From Fidelibacterota bacterium (GTDB lineage Bacteria; Fidelibacterota; Marinisomatia; Marinisomatales; TCS56), in the NCBI GenBank assembly GCA_043822705.1, contig JBDRBK010000060.1, positions 1 through 64,000 on the forward strand: DNA of 64,000 bases, in the 5' to 3' direction. The notes beneath the pieces were generated by a model. It did not search any database and had not been told where the DNA came from. It saw only the letters and a list, made by a program, of their open reading frames with translations. Shown one piece after another: positions 1-9,361 of the stretch. How positions within the stretch are numbered: position 1 is the stretch's first letter; each line of letters starts with the position of its first letter. Both the position numbers and the translations under genes were made by a program.

Positions 1-1
1 A

Positions 2-148
2 CACGACGAATTACTGTTCGAAGTGCCGGAAAATGAGCTGGATGAGTTGCGGTCCCTGGTGCTTGCCGAGATGGAAAATGCGCTGCCGCTGAATGTTCCC
101 GTAGTTGTAGATTGCGGGGTTGGCAATACCTGGTTTGATGCACACTAG
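2..148 (+). CDS. polA: DNA polymerase I, C-terminal fragment (gene begins upstream of window)
   Basis: Manual translation HDELLFEVPENELDELRSLVLAEMENALPLNVPVVVDCGVGNTWFDAH*: Pol A motif C (HDEL) and the typical ..G.NW..AH end. Confidence 0.93.
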   Translation, partial: HDELLFEVPENELDELRSLVLAEMENALPLNVPVVVDCGVGNTWFDAH

Positions 149-149
149 C

Positions 150-250
150 AAAGAGCGTAGAACAAAGAACGTAGAACTTAGAACGTAGAACTTAGAACAA
201 AGAACCAGGCATTAAGTTCTAGGTTCTAGGTTCTAAGTTCTGGGCTCTAA
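150..250. repeat. Inverted heptamer tandem repeat (8 x NNAGAAC-like, then 5 x GTTCTNN-like)
   Basis: aaagagc gtagaac aaagaac gtagaac ttagaac gtagaac ttagaac aaagaac, 10-nt spacer, then gttctag gttctag gttctaa gttctgg gctctaa. Confidence 0.9.
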
Positions 251-286
251 GATGATTTTTGGGAATCTGGTTTAGGCTGGAATTAA

Positions 287-1213
287 ATGGAAGCAAGTAT
301 AACACTTAAAAAAGTCGGCAAACTGGCCGGCGACCGCACCGTCCTGGCCGGCATGTCGTTCGGAGTCGAGCGGGGCACGCTGGTGGCCATCATCGGCGAT
401 AATGATTCCGGCAAGTCGACCCTGCTGCGGGTATTGGCCGGTTACGAACGGCCCGAATACGGCAGCGTCTATGTCCACGGGCTCGATTCGGTCAAACGTC
501 GCCGCGAGACCAGCCGCATGGTCGCCTTCGTACCGCACGAGCCGGATTTCGATCCCTGGTTGACGGTGGAGCAGAATATCCGGTTCATCGGCCTGTTGCA
601 CAAGCTGCCGGATCAGTTGATTCTGCAGCGCTTGGCCGGCTACAGTAAGCAGCTCGGCATCAGCGATTTTCTGCATGAAAATGCCAGCGGTCTGTCGCTG
701 GGAATCCTGAAGCGGGCCCTGATCGTTCGCGCCCTGGTGCAGGACCCCCAGGTGCTGATTATCGACGAACCCACCGCTTTCATGGATGCCGACGCCCGGC
801 GGATGGTCTGGGAATTGTTGACCGGAATGCACGGTCAGCGGACAATAATTTATGCCAGCCAGTCCCTGGAAGAAGTCGAGACCGCCAACGACCGTATCCT
901 GGTGTTGCATAACGGTCACATGGTTTTGGACGGAACGCTCGAAAAACTGCTGGCCACGACTAATCAGTATCACCATTTCCAGATCGAATTTGACGGTTTG
1001 ACCGATGCGTTGTATAAGGAACTGGCGGCGGTTTCGACCGTCGTCAATCCCAGCCGTGTCGGCGACAGTTTTCATTTCTACGGCCGCTCGCGGCGGGCTT
1101 TTTTCCATGTGATCAAGAAAGCCGCCGATTCGGTGCTAAGCGATTTCTCAATCAAGACGCTGGGACTGAAAGACCTGATGGACAGCAATTACGCCCGACG
1201 GGGGCTGGAATGA
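287..1213 (+). CDS. ABC transporter ATP-binding protein (DrrA/NodI-like exporter)
   Basis: Walker A GDNDSGKST, degenerate signature LSLG, Walker B LIIDEPT. Confidence 0.9.
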   Translation: MEASITLKKVGKLAGDRTVLAGMSFGVERGTLVAIIGDNDSGKSTLLRVLAGYERPEYGSVYVHGLDSVKRRRETSRMVAFVPHEPDFDPWLTVEQNIRFIGLLHKLPDQLILQRLAGYSKQLGISDFLHENASGLSLGILKRALIVRALVQDPQVLIIDEPTAFMDADARRMVWELLTGMHGQRTIIYASQSLEEVETANDRILVLHNGHMVLDGTLEKLLATTNQYHHFQIEFDGLTDALYKELAAVSTVVNPSRVGDSFHFYGRSRRAFFHVIKKAADSVLSDFSIKTLGLKDLMDSNYARRGLE

Positions 1214-1959
1214 TCGCGGCCTTTTTGAAACGGCGCTGGTGGCTTACTCAGAACCGGATATTGACATCGATCACTCTGGCACTGCTGACGCCGGTAATCA
1301 TCTATATTTCCGTCGTAACGGTCATGGATAATATCATTCTGCGGTCGATCGACGGACTGCCCTATGACCAGTGGGCCTTCCCCGGCCTGATAATGGTGAT
1401 CGCGATGATCGGCCTGTTCCCGCTGCTCTACCGCGATTTCTTCGACCTGCGGATCCACCGCCACATCCTGCAGCCGATCACCCTGGCGCCGATTTCGAAA
1501 ATGGAGATTGTAGCCGGAATCACAATTACGGCGATTATTGAATCGTTGACCTATGTCATTATCGGTTCGATCGTCCTGTATATTTTAATACCCATGCCTT
1601 TTGTCTGGTATAATTACCTGATTATCTATCTGTATGTAATCCTCTTTAACGCCGTGATCGCCAATATTTTCGTCACCATGGGCCTGTTGACCGACCGGGT
1701 AACAACCTACATGTTCATGGTGCTTAGTTTCATGATTTTTATCCTGTTCGGGTCCGGTCTGCTGGTCGAATTCGAGTTTTATCCGTCGCTGATGGGGGCA
1801 TTTTTCGCCAACCTGCCCACCAGCGTGCTGATGCAGGGACTGCGGCAACTGATTTTTGAGAATCGTTTCGACTGGGTAGCGCTGGTTTATCCGTTGGCCG
1901 TAATTGCGGTCTGGTTCGGTCTCAACAGCGTCCTGTTCCGGATCAAATTCCGCCAATGA
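1210..1959 (+). CDS. ABC-2 type transporter permease
   Basis: About 6 hydrophobic helices; ATGA overlap with the ATPase gene. Confidence 0.85.
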   Translation: MIAAFLKRRWWLTQNRILTSITLALLTPVIIYISVVTVMDNIILRSIDGLPYDQWAFPGLIMVIAMIGLFPLLYRDFFDLRIHRHILQPITLAPISKMEIVAGITITAIIESLTYVIIGSIVLYILIPMPFVWYNYLIIYLYVILFNAVIANIFVTMGLLTDRVTTYMFMVLSFMIFILFGSGLLVEFEFYPSLMGAFFANLPTSVLMQGLRQLIFENRFDWVALVYPLAVIAVWFGLNSVLFRIKFRQ

Positions 1960-2432
1960 AAGCCTATCTTTCCGGCGCCATGGAATATGAAGCCGACGAG
2001 GGTAAATCCTGGCGGGCGGAAGTTGAGAGCTGGTTGCGGACCAATCTGGGCCATACCGCCTTTAATCCGGTGACCGAAACCGAACGGCTGGCGGGTATAG
2101 AAGACGTCAGAGATTACCGGCAATGGAAACAAACCGATATCCAGCGATACCGCCACTTTGTCCGGCAATTCGTCGACCACGACCTGGGTGCGGTCCGGAA
2201 CGATTGCGATTACCTGATCTGTTACTGGAACCAGGCCACCAGTCGCGGCGGCGGGACCCACGGCGAGATTACCGTGGCCTATTTATCCGGCAAGCCGGTC
2301 TATCTGATCTGCGAACCACCTCCGGAGGAAATCAGCGGCTGGATATTGGCCTGCGCCAGCGTGATCTTCCGGTCATTCGCCGAGCTGAAAATTTTTCTGA
2401 TGTCCAGTTACAGCCCACCGGGACGCCACTGA
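1956..2432 (+). CDS. Nucleoside 2-deoxyribosyltransferase-like (NDT/Rcl fold) protein
   Basis: YLSGAM N-terminus, FNP, D..AV..CD, GT.GE...AY..GKPV pattern. Confidence 0.7.
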   Translation: MKAYLSGAMEYEADEGKSWRAEVESWLRTNLGHTAFNPVTETERLAGIEDVRDYRQWKQTDIQRYRHFVRQFVDHDLGAVRNDCDYLICYWNQATSRGGGTHGEITVAYLSGKPVYLICEPPPEEISGWILACASVIFRSFAELKIFLMSSYSPPGRH

Positions 2433-2626
2433 TATGCCGTCGGCCGGTGAGCGACCGGGTGCCGGGACATATTTCTGCATGAAATGCGGAGAAAGAATCG
2501 TCCTGAAGCAGGACGCGGACGAACTGCCGGTTTGTCCCCGCTGCGGCCATACCGAATTTCTAAAACTTCAAAAAAGCAAATGATATACAGGACCGGGCCA
2601 GTCGCCGGTTGCCGCCGTTTTTAGCG

Positions 2627-3280
2627 ATGGGTGTCAAAGTAAAAATATGCTGTATTAAAGACGCTGCCGAGGCCGGGCTGGCCTACCGCTACGGCGCGGC
2701 GGCTATCGGCCTGGTATCGGCCATGCCCAGCGGTCCCGGCGTGATCACCGAATCCGAGATCGCCCGGATTCTGGCAACGGCGCCCCCGATCGCCACTTTT
2801 TTACTGACCAGCTATCGCGATGCCGCCGCCATCATTGCTCAGCAGCGCCGTTGCCCGGTCACCACGCTTCAACTCTGCGATACATTGCCTGCCGATGATT
2901 ACGACCGGCTGCACGACGCTCTGCCGGATGTGAAAATCGTTCAGGTAATCCATGTTACCGGCAGGTCGGCAATTGACCATGCCGGTCGATTAGCGCCGCT
3001 GGTGGACGGATTGCTGCTGGATTCGGGCAATCCCGATCTGGCGGTGAAGGAGCTGGGCGGTACCGGCCGCACCCATAACTGGGATCTCAGCCGGGAAATC
3101 TGCTCCACCGTGGCGATACCGGTTTATCTGGCGGGGGGACTGAATCCGACGAATGTGGCGATGGCAATCCGGTCGGTGCGGCCCTGGGGCGTTGATGTCT
3201 GCACCGGTATCCGAACCGCGGACTGCCTCGACGAAAGCAAACTGGCCGCCTTCATGCAGGCGGTGGCCGAAGCCGGTTGA
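2627..3280 (+). CDS. Phosphoribosylanthranilate isomerase (TrpF)-family protein, outside any trp operon
   Basis: VKICCI, LLLDS, GGTGRTHNW, LAGGLNP, GVDVCTG motifs; ATG at 2627 preferred. Confidence 0.8.
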   Translation: MGVKVKICCIKDAAEAGLAYRYGAAAIGLVSAMPSGPGVITESEIARILATAPPIATFLLTSYRDAAAIIAQQRRCPVTTLQLCDTLPADDYDRLHDALPDVKIVQVIHVTGRSAIDHAGRLAPLVDGLLLDSGNPDLAVKELGGTGRTHNWDLSREICSTVAIPVYLAGGLNPTNVAMAIRSVRPWGVDVCTGIRTADCLDESKLAAFMQAVAEAG

Positions 3281-3304
3281 TATTTGGAAAAACGCGAGGG
3301 ATAT

Positions 3305-4057
3305 ATGCAGAAAACACAGGTAGCGAAATATTTTGCAGTCTGGTTCCTGATAGTATTGACGAAAACGGCAGCAGCCGATTTGCCGGGAGGGTTTGTCTAT
3401 GTCACCGCCGTCGTCCCGGATATCGTCCTGGATATTCGTTATTCCGGCAACCACAATTTTCTCGGCACGCGTGTCGATGGCTATGATGCCCCGGTCGGCA
3501 TTGTGACCGAAAAGGCGGCCCTGGCCCTGGCCGAAGTTCAGCAGGATTTGAAGGCATTCGGTTTCGGACTGAAATTATACGACGCCTACCGTCCCCAACG
3601 GGCCGTCGATCATTTTGTGCGCTGGGCGACGGATTTCGGCGACACGCTCACAAAAAAGGAATTTTATCCAACTTTAGCAAAACCGGTGCTGCTGGAGGAA
3701 GTGTATATCGCTACCCGTTCCAGTCATACCCGTGGCAGCGCGGTGGATTTGACGATTGTGCCGTTGCCGGTCCCGTACCAGCCACCATTCGAAATCGACC
3801 GGCAGTGCGATTGCTCGCGTGGTTCCGCCACTGGATTCCGGGATAACAGCATCGACATGGGTTCCGGCTTTGATTGCTTTCATGAAATCTCCCATACCGC
3901 CAATCCCAACCTGACCGAACAGCAGCGGACCAACCGGTTACTGCTAAAATCGATTATGGAGAAATACGGCTTTAAAAATTACGCCAAGGAATGGTGGCAT
4001 TTTAACTATCGCGACGAACCATTCCCCGATACTTATTTCGATTTCATTATAGAATAA
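3305..4057 (+). CDS. D-alanyl-D-alanine dipeptidase (M15D, VanX/DdpX family), probable signal peptide
   Basis: DIRYSG.HNFLG, YDAYRP, SSHTRGSAVDLT, DMGSGFD, EWWHF. Confidence 0.92.
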   Translation: MQKTQVAKYFAVWFLIVLTKTAAADLPGGFVYVTAVVPDIVLDIRYSGNHNFLGTRVDGYDAPVGIVTEKAALALAEVQQDLKAFGFGLKLYDAYRPQRAVDHFVRWATDFGDTLTKKEFYPTLAKPVLLEEVYIATRSSHTRGSAVDLTIVPLPVPYQPPFEIDRQCDCSRGSATGFRDNSIDMGSGFDCFHEISHTANPNLTEQQRTNRLLLKSIMEKYGFKNYAKEWWHFNYRDEPFPDTYFDFIIE

Positions 4058-4107
4058 AAAAAACCCCGCCGGAGACCCCGGGCTTCGAATCAAAAGTATT
4101 CGATCGG

Positions 4108-5124
4108 TCAGAAGATCGAATTAAGTATTTTCGGACTGCGCAGTTTCCAGCTGCCGCGATGATAGGCGTCGCTGATCAGTAGTGGCAAGTTGACGGTCGC
4201 CTCACCATAAACCATTTGCTCGTAAGTCACATCGACTTTGCCCCAGGAACAGGCTTCCTTCAGGGTCGAACCGGAAAGGGCGCCGTCGCGTTCGTCAGCC
4301 ACCGTCAATTGCAGGGCATATTTGTGCATCGGCTGCTCCTTACCCAGGATATCGGTGGCCACGACCACGTCCTGAGTGAAATTCTTGGGAACGCCGCCGC
4401 CGATCATCAGAATACCGGATTCTCCTAGGTGCAGTTTGATCTCAGTCAGCTCCTTGAAATCGGCCACGGAATCGATCGTCAGATGCCCGGCTGTATTGTG
4501 GATCTGGTGATAGATCAGTCCGAAGCCGGCGGAACAGTCGGAAAAGGCCGGCACGAAGATCGGGACCTGCCGCTGGTAGGCCGAGTAGACGATCGATTGG
4601 TCGCATTTCAATCCCTGCTCTTCCAGATACCGGCCCATGGCGGTGATGAATTCCCGGGAGGAGTAGGGCCGTGGTTCGAGGGTATCGGCGATTTTGGCGA
4701 TGGTCATGTCGCAGACCCGCAGCTCATCTTCATCGATATACGTGTCATAAATCCGGTCGATCGCCAGATCCCGCAGAACCAGGTCGTCGGCGGTGGGACT
4801 GCCCTGGTAGTGACAGAATCCCAGGGCCTCGAAAAAGTCCTGGTCGACGATATTGGCGCCGGTGGATACGATCGCATCGACCATGTTGTTTTCGATCATG
4901 TCGACGATAATTTTTTTCAAGCCGGCGGAAATCAATGAACCGGCCAGGGTCAGTATAATGCCGCAGTCGCGGTCGGCCAGCATGCGATCGTAAATATCGG
5001 CGGCGTTAGCCAGGTTGCGGGCCTGGAAAGCCATGCCCCGGAATGAATCGATCAGTGGTCGGGCATCGAAACTGGTGATGTCGATGTGGGCGATCTTATC
5101 TTTCAGAAAATTCTCTTTTTTCAA
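4108..5124 (-). CDS. Deoxyhypusine synthase-like protein (candidate homospermidine synthase)
   Basis: STGAN, RIYD, GGGVPKN, DGALSGSTLKEACSWGK (catalytic Lys motif EAxSWGK). Confidence 0.9.
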   Translation of the reverse strand: MKKENFLKDKIAHIDITSFDARPLIDSFRGMAFQARNLANAADIYDRMLADRDCGIILTLAGSLISAGLKKIIVDMIENNMVDAIVSTGANIVDQDFFEALGFCHYQGSPTADDLVLRDLAIDRIYDTYIDEDELRVCDMTIAKIADTLEPRPYSSREFITAMGRYLEEQGLKCDQSIVYSAYQRQVPIFVPAFSDCSAGFGLIYHQIHNTAGHLTIDSVADFKELTEIKLHLGESGILMIGGGVPKNFTQDVVVATDILGKEQPMHKYALQLTVADERDGALSGSTLKEACSWGKVDVTYEQMVYGEATVNLPLLISDAYHRGSWKLRSPKILNSIF

Positions 5125-6005
5125 CTTAATAAACCTTTTCGTTTGGCGGTTAGCAGGGAAATAAACTGGTAAATCAATTTAGCGGCCAGGAAATCCGGCG
5201 CCTTGTTGCTGGGGTTGGGCGCCAGTTCGGTCACGTCGAAGCCGACCACGTTTTTAGCACGGCAGACCGCTGTCAGGGTGTCGAGCACCTGGTACCAGTG
5301 CAGACCGCCGGGCTCGGGCGTCCCGGTGGATGGGACAAGCGCCGGATCGAAGCAGTCCAGATCGATGGTGACATAGACATTTTCAGTCAGACGTTCCACG
5401 ACCCGGGGGATGAAATCGACGCGATCGCGGATCTGATGGGCGAAGAAAGTCCGCACCGGCTGCAACAGCGTCAGCTCGCCGGCCTCCATGCTGCGGATAC
5501 CGACCTGGACATAGTCACCTAATTCCGCCGCCCGCGCCATGACACAGGCGTGACTGAAGCGGGAATTTTCATATTCGTCGCGGGTGTCGGAATGGGCGTC
5601 GAATTGCAGGACCGAAAGGTTGTCAAAACAGCGGTGATGGGCCCGGATCAGTCCGATGGCGACTGAGTGGTTGCCGCCAATCCCGATCACTGTTTTACCG
5701 TCCTGCAGTAGGGCCGTGGCGGTTTCGTCAACCCGCTCGACCAGGTCCTCGGCCGAGGTGAATCGATCGACCGGCGCCAGCGTCACGATACCATCGCGCC
5801 AGGCCTCGATCCCGGTGGGAATATCATACAGTTCCATGTTGGCTGACGCTTCCAGAATGGCGTCCGGTCCGCGATCGGCGCCTTTCAGCCAGGTCGAAGT
5901 CAGGTCGAACGGAACCGGTAGCACAACATAGCGTGCGGTTGCATATTCAGGGAATGGTTCGATCCCCCCGAATGCGCCGGGGTTGGGATGAAGGTTAACC
6001 TTCAC
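5121..6005 (-). CDS. speB: Agmatinase (ureohydrolase family)
   Basis: GGNHS, DAHSD, DLDCFDP, STGTPEPGGL metal-binding motifs. Confidence 0.88.
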   Translation of the reverse strand: MKVNLHPNPGAFGGIEPFPEYATARYVVLPVPFDLTSTWLKGADRGPDAILEASANMELYDIPTGIEAWRDGIVTLAPVDRFTSAEDLVERVDETATALLQDGKTVIGIGGNHSVAIGLIRAHHRCFDNLSVLQFDAHSDTRDEYENSRFSHACVMARAAELGDYVQVGIRSMEAGELTLLQPVRTFFAHQIRDRVDFIPRVVERLTENVYVTIDLDCFDPALVPSTGTPEPGGLHWYQVLDTLTAVCRAKNVVGFDVTELAPNPSNKAPDFLAAKLIYQFISLLTAKRKGLLS

Positions 6006-6024
6006 TGCGGCCTGTCAGGAAACC

Positions 6025-6426
6025 CTAATTCGGGAAATCGGCGCCGCGGTCGGTAAGGGCGACCTGGGGCGTTTTACTTTCCAGGGCTTCAATAATATAG
6101 GTTTTTGTTTTTTCAACGTCAAAGGGTTTGCATGAAAAAACATCAACAAAGGCATAATTCTTAAGCGGATAAGTGTGGATTGAAATATGACTTTCGGCAA
6201 TAATCACCACCCCGGTAATCCCGGCATCTTCCGGTACTTTTCCTTCGTAACGGAAAACATAGGGGCGGGTGATTTTGGTCATTCCAATCGATTCAGGTAA
6301 CGAATCCAATAAACGGTAGCAATATTCAAGATCATTCAGTTTGTCTGGATTGCAATTGCTAAGATCCAGCATCAGGTGGGGGCCATACCCGACTGTCTTG
6401 GTCATCCGGCATAAAATTCCTTTCAT
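6025..6426 (-). CDS. speD: Pyruvoyl-dependent AdoMetDC (SpeD/SpeH)-family decarboxylase proenzyme; may act on arginine
   Basis: G.HLMLDL, GITGVVIIAESHISIHTYP (E-S autocleavage site), DVFSC. Confidence 0.85.
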   Translation of the reverse strand: MKGILCRMTKTVGYGPHLMLDLSNCNPDKLNDLEYCYRLLDSLPESIGMTKITRPYVFRYEGKVPEDAGITGVVIIAESHISIHTYPLKNYAFVDVFSCKPFDVEKTKTYIIEALESKTPQVALTDRGADFPN

Positions 6427-7044
6427 ATAATTGTTCAGGGTTTAAAGCCTTTTTTCCCAAGGGAAAATAGCCGCCGACGTTATTAAAAAATAGAATACTA
6501 AGAAACAATTATATTCAATAAGTGAATAATATTTTCCCCAAGGATTCTTCTCCCGGGGCGGCTGGGAGTAATCCTGACTGCCAGGCTGATTTTTTTCCGG
6601 TTCGGGCCGCCGGATATAATATTCGGATTAACGGTCCGGTCGGGAAAAATTTCTTCCTGCGACAAAGTTGGACCGGGAATGTGTAAGTAGCTATAATTAA
6701 GATTGATAGACAAATCAATCGAGTCTTGGAATACTGAAAAAAAACTTTGGAAAATCAAAAAAATATATACCTGTTTTCTAATACATTTGTAATATTATGC
6801 AACGAAAATGACAATCATTAATTCACTTCAAAATTGTCACTATAGCCGACCGGTTTCGGACCGGCCGGCAGCCCGCGTTTTTACCGGATAAATCGTCGGT
6901 TATCCTCGTTATCTGAGGCCAAGTAAAACCGCAACCAGCCCAACCCGGTAAGCAATCCAAGGAAAGCAGTCCTGTCATCACCCCCTGCGTGCATAATGCA
7001 TTTAATTCACCCTCACGCATAAACCAAGAAAGGAGTTCCCGATT

Positions 7045-8361
7045 ATGGACAATACTCACATTGACCTGAAGCCCCCCAGCCAACGAAACAAAACCGGTTT
7101 GTCGATTTTAAATCAGGTTTCACTGCCTTCTAATTCCATTGTCTCAACTATACTCACCACCAATTTTTTTGAAGAACAAAAAAAATATCGTACTCGTCCT
7201 GCCTCTGCAGCCCAGATTTTCCGCAAGAAATTTTACCCGCAGGTAACGGCTGCCGAATGGGATGACTGGCGCTGGCAGCTCAACAAACGCATCCGTGATG
7301 CCAAAACAATCGGCGCGATGGTTAACCTGTCGGCGGCCGAGCTAAATTATTTCAATGAACGGAATGACCATTTGCCGATGGCGGTCACTCCCTATTATGC
7401 CAGCCTGATCGATCCCGATAACCCGGCCGATCCGATTCGCCGCAGCGTGATTCCGGTGACCGGCGAATTAACCAGTGCACCCGAGGAATCGGCCGATCCT
7501 CTGCATGAGGATGGCGACAGTCCGGTGCCGGGGATCATCCACCGTTACCCGGACCGGGTCCTGTTCCTGGTCACGGATTACTGTTCCGTCTACTGCCGTT
7601 ATTGCACCCGCTCGCGCCTGGTCGGCGGCGGCGGGGATTTCGTGTTTTCCAAATCGCAGTGGGAGGCGGCCCTGCAGTACATCGCCGCCACGCCCGCGAT
7701 CCGCGATGTCCTGATCTCGGGTGGCGATCCGCTGACTCTGGCCGACGAACGGCTCGAATATCTGCTGCGGCGGCTGCGGGCGATTCCGCATGTTGAAATC
7801 ATCCGGATCGGCACTAAAGTACCGGCCGTTCTACCACAGCGGATTACACTGTCCCTGACGCGGATGTTGAAAAAATATCACCCGCTCTGGATCAGTCTGA
7901 ATTTCATGCATCCGCGGGAGCTGACCCCGGAAGCCGGGCGGGCCTGCCAGCGGCTGGCCGATGCCGGTATTCCATTGGGCAGCCAGACCGTGCTGATGGC
8001 CGGCATCAACGACTCTGTCGAAACATTGAAGTCATTATTCCATGGTCTGCTCAAGCAACGGGTGCGGCCCTACTACCTGTACCAGTGTGACCCGATTCAG
8101 GGCAGCGCGCATTTCCGTACGCCGGTCAGCACCGGCCTGGAAATCATCCGGCAATTGCGCGGGCATACCAGCGGTTATGCCATCCCCAGTTATGTGATCG
8201 ACGCCCCCGGCGGCGGCGGCAAGATTCAATTGCTGCCCGACGCGGTGGTCCGCCGCAATAAGGATGGCTGGTATCTGCGCAGCTACGACGGCAAGGATTA
8301 TTTCTATCCCGATCCCAAGCCGTTGCGACGTCAGCAACAATCGCCGCCGAACGGGTGCTGA
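7045..8361 (+). CDS. KamA-family radical SAM amino-acid 2,3-aminomutase
   Basis: W.DWRWQL, HRYPDRVL, CSVYCRYC (CxxxCxxC), SGGDPL, PYYLYQCD, DAPGGGGK (PLP Lys). Confidence 0.92.
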   Translation: MDNTHIDLKPPSQRNKTGLSILNQVSLPSNSIVSTILTTNFFEEQKKYRTRPASAAQIFRKKFYPQVTAAEWDDWRWQLNKRIRDAKTIGAMVNLSAAELNYFNERNDHLPMAVTPYYASLIDPDNPADPIRRSVIPVTGELTSAPEESADPLHEDGDSPVPGIIHRYPDRVLFLVTDYCSVYCRYCTRSRLVGGGGDFVFSKSQWEAALQYIAATPAIRDVLISGGDPLTLADERLEYLLRRLRAIPHVEIIRIGTKVPAVLPQRITLSLTRMLKKYHPLWISLNFMHPRELTPEAGRACQRLADAGIPLGSQTVLMAGINDSVETLKSLFHGLLKQRVRPYYLYQCDPIQGSAHFRTPVSTGLEIIRQLRGHTSGYAIPSYVIDAPGGGGKIQLLPDAVVRRNKDGWYLRSYDGKDYFYPDPKPLRRQQQSPPNGC

Positions 8362-8365
8362 TTCG

Positions 8366-9361
8366 ATGCCCGGACGCAAACAAAAACGCCTGACGGTCGG
8401 CCTGACCTACGACCGCCGCTCCGACTATCTGGCGCTTGGCTACGGCGAGGAAGAAACGGCCGAGTTCGACCGTGACGACACGATTACGGCGCTTGACACG
8501 ACTTTGCTCAGCCTCGGCTATGCTACCGATCATATCGGCCATGTTCGAAACCTGATTCACCGACTGGACCAGGGCGAGCGCTGGGATCTGGTCTTCAATA
8601 TCGCCGAAGGACTTTACGGCGTCGGGCGGGAAGCGCTGGTGCCGGCCCTGCTGGACGCCTACCGGATACCGTATGTGTTTTCCGATCCACTGGTTCTGGC
8701 GGTGACGCTGCACAAGGGCATGACGAAGCGGATCATCCGCGATCTGGGACTGCCGACTCCAGATTTTGCCGTTGTCGAAAACGAAACCGAGCTGGCAGCG
8801 GTCGATCTGCCGTTTCCATTGTTTGTAAAACCGGTGGCTGAAGGTACGGGCAAGGGGATATCCGAACATTCGCTGGTGTCGACCAAGGACGCGCTGCAAC
8901 TGGTCTGCCGGTCGATCTGGCAGAATTTCCGGCAGCCGGCCCTGGTCGAAAGCTATCTGGCCGGACGGGAATATACCGTCGGAGTCGTCGGCACCGGTCC
9001 CCAGGCCCGCGCAGTCGGCGTCATGGAAGTAACCATGCTGGCCGGGGATCAGGATGAAATTTATTCCTATGAAAATAAGGAATTTTACGAGGAACGGGTC
9101 AGGTATGTCCCCTGTACCGGGCCTGAAGCAGCGGCCATGATCGAGCTGTCCCTGGCGGTCTGGCGCGGACTGGGTTGCCGCGATGGCGGCCGCGTCGACC
9201 TGCGCTGCGACGAACATGGCAAGCCCAATTTCCTTGAAGTAAATCCCCTGGCCGGTCTCCATCCGCGGCATTCCGATCTGCCGATTCTGTCCGGTCTCGC
9301 CGGTCTGTCCTACGCCGATCTGCTGCGGCAGATCATGGAATCGGCCTGCGAACGGCTTTGA
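8366..9361 (+). CDS. D-Ala-D-Ala ligase-like ATP-grasp amide ligase 1
   Basis: VFNIAEG, FVKPVAEGTGKGI, ESYLAGREYTV, RVDLR, FLEVNPLAG; lacks the canonical Ddl GGxSxE N-terminal motif; ATG at 8366. Confidence 0.85.
   Translation: MPGRKQKRLTVGLTYDRRSDYLALGYGEEETAEFDRDDTITALDTTLLSLGYATDHIGHVRNLIHRLDQGERWDLVFNIAEGLYGVGREALVPALLDAYRIPYVFSDPLVLAVTLHKGMTKRIIRDLGLPTPDFAVVENETELAAVDLPFPLFVKPVAEGTGKGISEHSLVSTKDALQLVCRSIWQNFRQPALVESYLAGREYTVGVVGTGPQARAVGVMEVTMLAGDQDEIYSYENKEFYEERVRYVPCTGPEAAAMIELSLAVWRGLGCRDGGRVDLRCDEHGKPNFLEVNPLAGLHPRHSDLPILSGLAGLSYADLLRQIMESACERL

Noticed and set aside
150..250. Possible CRISPR array
   Set aside because: The units are contiguous 7-mers with no unique spacers, and there are no cas genes.
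272..1108. Long antisense ORFs (also 8144-9271, 25445-26254, 46165-47151, 59809-61149, 61891-62943)
   Set aside because: They are shadows of well-supported genes on the opposite strand, expected from GC-rich codon bias, and have no recognisable motifs.
6785..6825. Tandem ARG boxes
   Set aside because: Only half-sites match, in very AT-rich DNA; not distinguishable from chance by eye.
6900..7000. RNase P or SRP-like words (gaggccaagta, aaggaaagcagtcc)
   Set aside because: The universal RNase P (GAGGAAAGUCC) and SRP (CAGG-GRAA-AGCAG) cores are not actually present.
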